Below, in pieces: positions 8,663 through 16,195 of a DNA stretch of 41,090 bases. The translations under genes and the position numbers were made by a program. The stretch spans positions 1 to 41,090 of the forward strand of contig CAZUHN010000006.1 of the NCBI GenBank assembly GCA_964620535.1. Direction: 5' to 3'. The notes under the pieces are model-generated. The model worked only from the letters and a program-made list of their open reading frames with translations, was not told where the DNA came from and searched no databases. The first letter of the stretch is position 1. Every line of letters starts with the position of its first letter. This stretch comes from an uncultured Nitrospinaceae bacterium. Lineage in GTDB: Bacteria; UBA8248.

Positions 8663-9759
8663 ACGGCCATCACCTCTTCGTAGATGTGGACGGTCTCGTC
8701 CAGCATTTTCTCCAATGAATGATGTTCCCGGACGTATGTTTTCCCCGAGGCGCCCATTCGGGCACGGCGCGCAGAATCGGCCAGCAGTTCTTCAATTCCC
8801 TCTGCCAAGGCATTTGGGTCCTTGGACGGAATGATCTTACCCGCGCCGGAAGGACCAAGGACCTCGGGAACACCTCCAATATCGGTTCCAATGATGGGCA
8901 AGCCCATCGCCATTGCCTGAAGCGCCACCTGGGGGATGCCCTCGGTACGCGTTGACGCAATAGCGAGCAGATCGAGCCCCGCCATGATTTGGGGGACGTC
9001 CCTCCGGTAACCCGTAAAAATAACGGTACCGTCCAAGAGCCCCAGGCGTTCCGCCTCCGCCCGGAATATATCCCGCCACTCGCCATCTCCCACAATGAAA
9101 AAGCGCACACGATCATCCTTTTCTTTCAACATGCGCGCCGCGGCCAATAAGTGATCGTGCCCCTTGCTTTTCCGGAGCTGAGCAATAATTCCCACCGCCG
9201 GTGTATCTTCTTCGAGGGAAAATTCCTGGCGAAAGGTTTCCCGCCGCACGTTTTCGTGAAACTGGGAAAAATCCACCCCCGTCGGCAGCACACAAACGCG
9301 CGAGGGATTGCAACTTCCGCCCTCGATCAACATTTGGCGTATGCGCTCGGCGGTGGCCATGATTCGGTGGGGAAGCCGATAGGCCCAATTCAGCCAATGC
9401 CCCTTGACGGGTATCGATACATGGCGGGTCCTCACGACAGGCACCGCCAGCGCCCGGCCGGCCAAACCCGCCAGCCAGCTGTCCTTGCTGCTGTGGGTGT
9501 GAACGACATCCGGACGATATTTTCTGATGAGTCGCAGCATTTGGATCAGCGCCAAGGGGTCCCAACTCGCCCGCATCCGGACCGCCTGAAAGGGGATTCC
9601 AGCCTGCTCGGCCTCCTTTTTCAGTAAACCCTCCGGCTGGCCCACGATCAACACGCAGTGGCCTTGCTTCTGAAGGACGGCCGCCTCGAGAAGGATTCTT
9701 GTCTCCTGCCCTCCCCAGCCGGGAGAGGCCTCTGTGTGAACGATGTTAAGGGATCTCAC
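8650..9759 (-). CDS. Glycosyltransferase family 4 (resembles WabB/CapU/RfbU-type core transferases)
   Basis: N-terminus LNIVHTEASPGWGGQE; HSSKDSW; RTRH; EGIPQVALQ. Start moved to GTG 9759 because the ORF-track extension to 9930 overlaps the GT2 gene. Confidence 0.88.
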   Translation of the reverse strand: MRSLNIVHTEASPGWGGQETRILLEAAVLQKQGHCVLIVGQPEGLLKKEAEQAGIPFQAVRMRASWDPLALIQMLRLIRKYRPDVVHTHSSKDSWLAGLAGRALAVPVVRTRHVSIPVKGHWLNWAYRLPHRIMATAERIRQMLIEGGSCNPSRVCVLPTGVDFSQFHENVRRETFRQEFSLEEDTPAVGIIAQLRKSKGHDHLLAAARMLKEKDDRVRFFIVGDGEWRDIFRAEAERLGLLDGTVIFTGYRRDVPQIMAGLDLLAIASTRTEGIPQVALQAMAMGLPIIGTDIGGVPEVLGPSGAGKIIPSKDPNALAEGIEELLADSARRARMGASGKTYVREHHSLEKMLDETVHIYEEVMAVCAR

Positions 9760-10558
9760 GCCGGCGACGACTCTCCCACAGATAGGCGGCGCGCATAAAA
9801 ACATAGAAAGACGAACCGGCCGAGACAATGAACCCCTCGAATCCGTCCCGCCAGCCCGATTTGAGAAAATAACTTTTGACGAATCGCCAAAGAGGGCGAA
9901 GCGTGAAGTCTCCAAACCGCGAGGAATCACCCCTTAACTCCAAATCCTTGGAGGCAAGCTCCGCGTATCGTACCTGCCGCGCAAAATAATCTCCCAATCT
10001 CTCGTAGCTATGGTGCTCCATAGGCTCGTTGAATTCTTCCACCTTCCCGCTCACTTCAACCGACTCATGAACGGGTTTCGACAAAAAACGTGCATTTTTT
10101 CTGCGGAACAAACGAATCTGATGGTCCGGCCAAAGCTCGCCATGGCGAAGCCATTTGCCAAAAAATATATTTTTCCGGGGGATTCGGTACCCTTCTGCCG
10201 GACCGTTTTCCTGAAGCACCGCCAATATCCGATCGCGCAAAGCGGCCGTTACGTACTCGTCGGCGTCCAAGCTCAGGACCCAGGGATGTTGGGTGTTTTC
10301 GATTGCCAGGTTTTTCTGAGCGGCGTATCCCCGCCAAAGATGCTCAATTACATTGGCTCCCCGTGAGCGGGAAATTTCCCGTGTCTGATCCGTACTGCCG
10401 CAGTCGACCACCACCACCTCATCGGCCCATGAGACACTGTCAATGCACTTTCCAACATGGTGGGCTTCGTTCAGGGTGACAATCGTAACACTCAGGGATT
10501 CGCGCTCTTGCGTCGCTCTCGTTTCCTCCCGCAATAGGGGATAAACCTCCTTCGTCAC
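9746..10558 (-). CDS. Glycosyltransferase family 2, KdtX/WaaE/LgtF-like (heptosyl-LPS beta-1,4-glucosyltransferase)
   Basis: LSVTIVTLNE, VVDCGSTD, WRGYAAQKN, WVLSLDADE (DxD), RLFR and VHE. GTG 10558 lies just after the Trm112 stop. Confidence 0.88.
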   Translation of the reverse strand: MTKEVYPLLREETRATQERESLSVTIVTLNEAHHVGKCIDSVSWADEVVVVDCGSTDQTREISRSRGANVIEHLWRGYAAQKNLAIENTQHPWVLSLDADEYVTAALRDRILAVLQENGPAEGYRIPRKNIFFGKWLRHGELWPDHQIRLFRRKNARFLSKPVHESVEVSGKVEEFNEPMEHHSYERLGDYFARQVRYAELASKDLELRGDSSRFGDFTLRPLWRFVKSYFLKSGWRDGFEGFIVSAGSSFYVFMRAAYLWESRRRREIP

Positions 10559-10559
10559 T

Positions 10560-10760
10560 TTATCCCTCTTTCGCTTGGCTTTTCTCCCATTCTTCCAACG
10601 GAATGGCTTCGTCCACCAGCATAATAGGAATATCATCCTCAATCCGGTAAACCAGCTTCGACTCCCGGCAAATCAAAAAGTAGCCGTCCTCACTCAGTTC
10701 GACAGGTTTTTTGCTCACCGGACATGCAAGAATTTCCAGCAACTCTTTATCGATCGTCAT
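10560..10760 (-). CDS. Trm112 family protein (YcaR/UPF0434-like)
   Basis: 66 aa: IDKELLEILACPVSKKPV...YRIEDDIPIMLVDEA. ATGA overlap with the epimerase stop. Confidence 0.92.
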   Translation of the reverse strand: MTIDKELLEILACPVSKKPVELSEDGYFLICRESKLVYRIEDDIPIMLVDEAIPLEEWEKSQAKEG

Positions 10761-11704
10761 CCTTCATCTCTCCTCAATAACCAGTCCCGCTCGAGCCGAA
10801 GGCCATCTTCCAGCCGCGTGGCGGGTTGGAAACCGAGGACGGCGGCGGCCCGCCTTGTGTCCGCCCATGTGTGCCACACATCACCCTTCTGGACTGGCTC
10901 GCTATTAATTAGTAAAGGTTTCTCCAATATCTTTTCAATGCTGGCGATTACATCGTTCATCGTGGCACGCACGCCGCCCCCGACGTTGTAGACACAACCA
11001 CGCTCGCCCTTTTCCATGGCCGTCGCCGTGGCATCGACGGCATCATCCACATAGGTAAAATCCCTGCTTTGACTCCCGTCCCCGTAAAGCGATATCGGCT
11101 CCTCGCGAAGCCCCGCCTTCAAAAAACGGTAAAAGGCCATATCCGGCCTTTGCCGGGGACCGAAAACGGTGAAATACCGCAACATTACCGTCGGAACCCC
11201 ATAGTTTCGATTGTAGATCGTACAAAGATTCTCTCCCGCGAGCTTGGTCATCCCATAGGGCGACACCGGACACGGAATCGTATCCTCGACCGTGGGCGCC
11301 GATTCCGCATTCCCGTAAATCGACGAAGAAGAAGCATAAACGAAGCCTCGCAGTGGGCGGTCCCGGAAAGCCTCAAGAAGGCGCTGGGTGGCGAGAACGT
11401 TGTCCCCCACATATTCCTCAAAGGCGCTGCCCCAACTCTTTCTGACCCCCGGCTGCGCCGCTAGATGAAACACCCCGTTTACTTGTGAAGCAATCTCTTC
11501 CAGCGGATCGGTCCTCAGGTCGAGTTCTCGAAACCGGAAACCCCCTTTCCCATTGAGACTTTGAAGGTTTGCTTCCTTATCCTCCCTTCCGTAATAGGAG
11601 GAAAACCGGTCGATTCCGATAATCTCACCCCCACCTTCAAGAAGCCGCTCGCACAAGTGGGATCCGATGAACCCCGCTGCCCCAGTCACCAATAATACGG
11701 ACAT
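10757..11704 (-). CDS. NAD-dependent sugar-nucleotide epimerase (extended SDR; UDP-glucuronate 4-epimerase-like)
   Basis: TGAAGFIG, HLAAQPGVR, SSSSIYG, YGMTK (YxxxK) and LRYFTVFGPRQRPDMA. Confidence 0.88.
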   Translation of the reverse strand: MSVLLVTGAAGFIGSHLCERLLEGGGEIIGIDRFSSYYGREDKEANLQSLNGKGGFRFRELDLRTDPLEEIASQVNGVFHLAAQPGVRKSWGSAFEEYVGDNVLATQRLLEAFRDRPLRGFVYASSSSIYGNAESAPTVEDTIPCPVSPYGMTKLAGENLCTIYNRNYGVPTVMLRYFTVFGPRQRPDMAFYRFLKAGLREEPISLYGDGSQSRDFTYVDDAVDATATAMEKGERGCVYNVGGGVRATMNDVIASIEKILEKPLLINSEPVQKGDVWHTWADTRRAAAVLGFQPATRLEDGLRLERDWLLRRDEG

Positions 11705-11734
11705 TATAGCATCCCAAATATTATGGCAGAAATT

Positions 11735-12793
11735 TCAATCCTTTACGTGATTTTCCCACAGCCGGCCCAATTCTCTGGCGGCTTCCGCGACCTCCACCCG
11801 ATCCAGACACTCGATGTCCGGGCACGTCCTGCCGTAGCATCCGCTACAGGCGATCTTTCGGTGCATAACGGCGTGGCCTTCGCCCCAAGGGCCATTACGC
11901 ACCGGATCCGTCGGCCCGATGATGGCCAGACAGGGAATACCAAGAGCCGACGCCAGGTGCAAAGGCCCGGTATCCCCTCCCGCAAAGACATGGCACCGCC
12001 TGAGAAAAGCGGCCATCTCCCGAAATGTCGTGGGAGGCGCTACGAGGGAGGGATTTTTCATCATTGACGCAACATTTTCGGCGGCAACCTCTTCTCCCGG
12101 TCCCCAAGTCAGCAAAACCTTTCCCCCCGTCATACCAACCCAGGCGTCGGCGAGTGTGGCGTATCGGTCTTCGCCCCACCGTTTCGTGATCCATCCCGCG
12201 CCGGGATGTACCGCCAAAACGAGATGGCCATCCGCTAGGCCTTTTTTATTAAAATATCCTACTGCGCCTTCGGCCTCCTCCCGCGTCTCGGGCAAAGGGA
12301 AACGCACGGCATCCGTTTCTGGAATCGGGATGCCAATGGGATTCAGCAACGAAAGGTTTTTCTCCACGACGTGATGAGGGCGGCTGGGCGGCTCCGCCCA
12401 AATGTTCGTGAACATCACGTTCATTGCCTCACGGCATGCTCGGTGCTCGAAACCGACTCGCATCCCCGCCCCGGAGCACCACGAGATCGCTCCGCTTTTC
12501 ACGAGCCCCTGCGCGTCGATGGCGACATCGGCCCGAATTTTGCTTAGCCCCTGAATATCACGGCACAAAGCCAGCAACCCCTTCCGAAGGATATTCGTCC
12601 TCCAATCGCGCGTGTCCAGCAGAAGGATTTCATCAACATCAGGATTATCTTGAAGCAAAACCGACGGCCCGGGTTCCACGGCCCAACAAAGAAAAGCGTT
12701 TGGGCACGCATCCCGTATCGCAGCGGCCAGCGGGAGCGTGTGAATGACGTCTCCAAATGCGCCAAGACGAATCAAAAGAAACCGATCTTTCAT
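11735..12793 (-). CDS. waaC: LPS heptosyltransferase I (GT9)
   Basis: IRLGAFGDVIHTLP, IDAQGLVKS, HVVEKN, HPGAGWITKRW and GDTGPLHLA. Confidence 0.82.
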   Translation of the reverse strand: MKDRFLLIRLGAFGDVIHTLPLAAAIRDACPNAFLCWAVEPGPSVLLQDNPDVDEILLLDTRDWRTNILRKGLLALCRDIQGLSKIRADVAIDAQGLVKSGAISWCSGAGMRVGFEHRACREAMNVMFTNIWAEPPSRPHHVVEKNLSLLNPIGIPIPETDAVRFPLPETREEAEGAVGYFNKKGLADGHLVLAVHPGAGWITKRWGEDRYATLADAWVGMTGGKVLLTWGPGEEVAAENVASMMKNPSLVAPPTTFREMAAFLRRCHVFAGGDTGPLHLASALGIPCLAIIGPTDPVRNGPWGEGHAVMHRKIACSGCYGRTCPDIECLDRVEVAEAARELGRLWENHVKD

Positions 12794-13302
12794 GTTTCCA
12801 CTTCTGGGGAAGAATTCTCGATGCGCTCTCGAATCACCGAAGAGGAATGGTTTTTTGGATCGCCGCAGATGATCACCTCACCCCCATAGCTGCGCACCGT
12901 TTCACGCTCCGGAACGGAATCCACCGTGTAATCGGTACCCTTTGCGTGAAAGTGCGGTTTCAGGGTGAGCAAAAGTTTCGTCACGTCATCATCCTCAAAA
13001 AGGATCAAGTAATCTATCGGATCTATGCCCGCCAGGACCTCCAACCTTTCATCCTGGTTCGTGAAGAGCCTCCCTTTACCCTTCAGCTTTCGCGCGGAAG
13101 CGTCTCCGTTCACCCCCACCACCAGGATGTCACCGTGTTTCTTGGCGGACCGAAGATACCGAATGTGTCCCACGTGCAGAATATCAAAGATTCCATTCGC
13201 AAATACGATCCGCTTTCCTTCCGCCTTGAGACGGTCCATCTCAGGAGCAAGCGCATCCAATCGGAAAAGCTTTCCGGAAAAAAAATCTGCGTCCTGGTTC
13301 AT
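12790..13302 (-). CDS. hldC: D-glycero-beta-D-manno-heptose 1-phosphate adenylyltransferase (standalone HldE domain II / HldC)
   Basis: NGIFDILHVGH (HxGH), VVGVNGD and KGTDY. TGATG overlap with the hldA stop; TTG 13305 is an alternative start. Confidence 0.85.
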   Translation of the reverse strand: MNQDADFFSGKLFRLDALAPEMDRLKAEGKRIVFANGIFDILHVGHIRYLRSAKKHGDILVVGVNGDASARKLKGKGRLFTNQDERLEVLAGIDPIDYLILFEDDDVTKLLLTLKPHFHAKGTDYTVDSVPERETVRSYGGEVIICGDPKNHSSSVIRERIENSSPEVET

Positions 13303-14291
13303 CAACTGTCCTTGTCAAAAGTCATGAGAAGCTCTTCAGCGTCAACAACGGCGGTCCCCTGCTTCATCACCACGAGACCGGCCGCCCGATTCGCAATATC
13401 CGCCGCTTCCATCATCGATGCACCCGCGGCGAGGGCCAGCGTAAATGCAGAGATAACAGTATCCCCCGCACCCGTTACATCCGTGACTTCGTCCGAGCCG
13501 TAAATCGGCAAATCCTTCCGCCCGGAGTTTTTCTCGAAAAGGCTCATCCCTTTGCTGCCGCGGGTAATCAGAACCCCTTGGGCGCAGGTTTGTTCAAGCA
13601 GCATTTGCCCGGCCTGATCAATCCGTTCGCTGTTGGGCGAAAACCCCAGCAGGGCTTCAACCTCCTCTTCATTCGGCGTGATGGCGGTTACCCCGCGAAA
13701 CGAATCAACCGCGTTTCGGCTGTCGACGGTTACGATCATCTCGCTGGAAAGGTTTTGCACCGTCTCGCGGACTTTTTCGGTAATACAGCCGAGACCATAG
13801 TCGGACACGACAAGGGCACTCACGCCCAGACGTTTCATATCCTCCAAGGAGCGGATAACCCTGTTCTCCATTTCTCCCCGTATGGTTTCCCGCGGCTCAT
13901 GGTCGATACGAATCACTTGCTGGCGGCTCGTATTTCGCCCTCCGGCCATTATTCGCATTTTGGTGGGACTGATGCGCCTCTTCTCCAGGGAAAGTCGTTC
14001 AATATCAACACGGCGTTTCTTGAGAACATCGATCAGGCCTCTTCCCGAAGAATCGTCGCCCAACGATCCGATGGTGAGAATTTTGCCCCCGAGGGAGGCC
14101 GCATTCATGGCCGCATTTCCCCCCCCACCCGGAAGTATTTCCCGGGAATTAAAGTTCAGAACGAGAACCGGGGCCTCGCGGCTGATGCGGGACGTTTCTC
14201 CATGGATGAATTCATCGGCGATAAAGTCCCCCAATACGGCAAGGCGGATTTGGGGGAAACCCTCCACGATTTCACGCAACTTGCCTTTCAT
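13302..14291 (-). CDS. hldA: D-glycero-D-manno-heptose 7-phosphate kinase (standalone HldE domain I / HldA, PfkB family)
   Basis: GDFIADEF, RISREAPV, PGGGGNAA, SDYGLG, TPNEEE and DVTGAGDTV. ATG 14291 overlaps the gmhB stop (ATGA). Confidence 0.9.
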   Translation of the reverse strand: MKGKLREIVEGFPQIRLAVLGDFIADEFIHGETSRISREAPVLVLNFNSREILPGGGGNAAMNAASLGGKILTIGSLGDDSSGRGLIDVLKKRRVDIERLSLEKRRISPTKMRIMAGGRNTSRQQVIRIDHEPRETIRGEMENRVIRSLEDMKRLGVSALVVSDYGLGCITEKVRETVQNLSSEMIVTVDSRNAVDSFRGVTAITPNEEEVEALLGFSPNSERIDQAGQMLLEQTCAQGVLITRGSKGMSLFEKNSGRKDLPIYGSDEVTDVTGAGDTVISAFTLALAAGASMMEAADIANRAAGLVVMKQGTAVVDAEELLMTFDKDS

Positions 14292-14878
14292 CGCCCTTCC
14301 TCTCTGTTTATTTCCAAAACGCTCTCCACCGCCGCATAAACGTCTTCGGCAATGATGTCGGGTTTTCGCGGCCAAGAATCTCCGCGCAACTCCATCTCTC
14401 CCCGGCCATAACCGGTAAGCACGAAGGCCGACCGGCATCCCGCCGCCCAACCGCACTCCATGTCTGAATATTTGTCCCCGATCATGAAGGAGCGCGGCAG
14501 GGCCAAATCATGTTCTTTCGCAGCCTTGAGGAGCATTCCCGGGCGGGGCTTACGCATTTCGCTATCGATGGCATAGGCGGGGTCTTCCGAACTTGGGTGA
14601 TGGGGGCAATAGTAGATCGCGTCGAGTTTGGCTCCGTGCTTGGCCAGTTCGGATTGAAGCTTTTCGTGCACTTTTTCCACCATCCATTCAGGAAAATATC
14701 CGCGGGCTACGCCTGCTTGGTTCGTGGCGAGAATGGCCGCATAACCCGAATCCGCTATCCGCTTGACCGCCGCAGCCGCGCGCGCGTATAGCTGAAAATC
14801 ATCAAGGTGCGTCACATAGCCTACGTCTCTGTTCAATGTGCCGTCTCGATCCAAAAAAACCGCCGGTCGTCCGTTCAA
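14288..14878 (-). CDS. gmhB: D-glycero-D-manno-heptose 1,7-bisphosphate phosphatase (HAD IIIA)
   Basis: AVFLDRDGTLN, TNQAG, CPHHP, RKPRPGM and MIGDKYSD. TTG 14878 is preceded by GAGGG. Confidence 0.92.
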   Translation of the reverse strand: MNGRPAVFLDRDGTLNRDVGYVTHLDDFQLYARAAAAVKRIADSGYAAILATNQAGVARGYFPEWMVEKVHEKLQSELAKHGAKLDAIYYCPHHPSSEDPAYAIDSEMRKPRPGMLLKAAKEHDLALPRSFMIGDKYSDMECGWAAGCRSAFVLTGYGRGEMELRGDSWPRKPDIIAEDVYAAVESVLEINREEGR

Positions 14879-14904
14879 TTTTCCCTCGCTGGCCTGTTTA
14901 TGCC

Positions 14905-15984
14905 TTATGCATATTTCTTTGCAAGTGCCCCTTTCGCCTCTTCCCGCACCAAATTGCGAACGGCATCGGCCACAACCTCCGACGCAATCTCGGCCATGCA
15001 CTTGTGATGGCCCAACGGACAGGTTCGCGCAAAGCAAGGGCTACAATCGAGTTCCCGCCGGATAATCTTGTGCCCTTCCCCGCGGGGCGCGGTCCGCCTT
15101 GGATCGGTCGGGCCGAAAAGCGATACTGTCGGGGTCCCGACAAGGGCCGCCACATGAAGCGGACCCGTGTCGCCGGAGACGAAAACGTCAAGCCGGGCCA
15201 GAATGCCGGGTAGGGTGGATAGGGTATCCCGCCCGGCAAAGTTTTCCGCCGCCCCTATTGATGCGGCCCGGACGCTTTCGGCCAAATCCGCTTCCCCGGG
15301 GCCTCCCAAGAGAATTACTCGGGCACCGTCTTTCTCCGCCAGCATTCTCGCAAGCGCACCGAAAGATTCCGCTTTCCAAATTTTCGAGTCCCCAAAGAAA
15401 GCGCCGGGATGAACGCCCACGATTGGGCCGCCGTCACCGGCATCTTCCGCCGAGAGAAGCGTATCGGCGAACCGAGCCGCTTCCGCGGTGACGGGAAGGC
15501 GAACCTCCCGGTGCTTGGGCTGTAGCCCCTGAGCCTCCAATATATTTATATAGTAATCAATCAGGTGGGGAGGAAGCGAATGGGGAGGAGCGGGCACCGG
15601 ATGGGTGAGCAGCCAGCCGCGCCCGTCTGTCGCGTACCCGATCCGCCTTTCCGCTCCGATCAGCCGCGCGGTCAGGGCGGACCGAAAGCTATTGGGCAAG
15701 AGCCAAGCTTCTCGGCGCCGATCCTTTTGAAGCCGCCGCCGCAAGGGGAAAAACGCCCTCCATTTATTGACTCCTCCACCGCCTCCGAGTATGTGAACTT
15801 CATCGATCCAGGGATAAGTCTCCAGCAGCCCCCCGGTCCACGGACTCGCAACCGCCTCGATTCGACGGCCGGGGAGGGCGGCTCTCAGGGAGGCGAAAAA
15901 GGGGGCCGCCATGGCCGTATCACCGATCCAGGCAGGCGCGAAAACCACCTGTGGCAAGGATTTTTCCATAGACGGTATACCCAT
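14905..15984 (-). CDS. waaF: LPS heptosyltransferase II (GT9)
   Basis: PAWIGDTAM, LPNSFRSA, RIGY, HPGAFFGDSKIW, DTGPLHVAA and a C-terminal CSPC...C...C motif. ATG 15984 has GGAG 6 nt upstream. Confidence 0.88.
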   Translation of the reverse strand: MGIPSMEKSLPQVVFAPAWIGDTAMAAPFFASLRAALPGRRIEAVASPWTGGLLETYPWIDEVHILGGGGGVNKWRAFFPLRRRLQKDRRREAWLLPNSFRSALTARLIGAERRIGYATDGRGWLLTHPVPAPPHSLPPHLIDYYINILEAQGLQPKHREVRLPVTAEAARFADTLLSAEDAGDGGPIVGVHPGAFFGDSKIWKAESFGALARMLAEKDGARVILLGGPGEADLAESVRAASIGAAENFAGRDTLSTLPGILARLDVFVSGDTGPLHVAALVGTPTVSLFGPTDPRRTAPRGEGHKIIRRELDCSPCFARTCPLGHHKCMAEIASEVVADAVRNLVREEAKGALAKKYA

Positions 15985-16060
15985 CTTTTTCTCCAGAAGA
16001 GGCCTAAAAAGAGAGGAGAAGCGGACATTCCCCGGCCAGCCGATGGCAATATGCCGCCTC

Positions 16061-16090
16061 ACGCTATCAATTCCTTAAAAGGCCCGTCAA
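16061..16090 (-). promoter_or_regulatory. Putative sigma70 promoter for the waaF-led LPS core operon
   Basis: Minus strand reads TTGACG-N18-TAGCGT, with an extended -10 TG motif (TGaTAGCGT), in the divergent waaF/lptF spacer. Confidence 0.45.
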
Positions 16091-16195
16091 CAATTCACCC
16101 ATCCCGGCAGAGAACCCAAAGGGTTTCCTATCCGGATGAGCAAAGCTAATATACGAGTTGAATACGTGGTTGAGGCACCTCCTGGAGATAACCCA

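Noticed and set aside
10757-11704. Calling the SDR epimerase HldD because it follows the heptose genes
   Set aside because: Its motifs (HLAAQPGVR, FTVFGPRQRPDMA) match UDP-sugar or UDP-GlcA 4-epimerase-like proteins, not HldD.
11702-11711. Perfect extended -10 (TGCTATAAT) at the epimerase start; TATAATG also occurs at the gnnA-like start
   Set aside because: The hexamer overlaps the ATG itself, so it cannot drive that gene, and there is no convincing -35. It is more likely an AT-rich translation initiation region.
177-15491. Numerous plus-strand and alternate-frame ORFs (e.g. 1644..2465, 6489..7313, 12757..13503, 13578..14339)
   Set aside because: They are shadows of well-supported minus-strand genes in GC-rich DNA and show no recognisable motifs.
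9760-16195. Long N-terminal extensions in the ORF track (starts at 9930, 10642, 14456, 15037, 16062, 16136) as real overlapping coding sequence
   Set aside because: Downstream starts with SD-like sequences or stop/start overlaps fit the family N-termini better. The extensions run through neighbouring genes or the promoter spacer.
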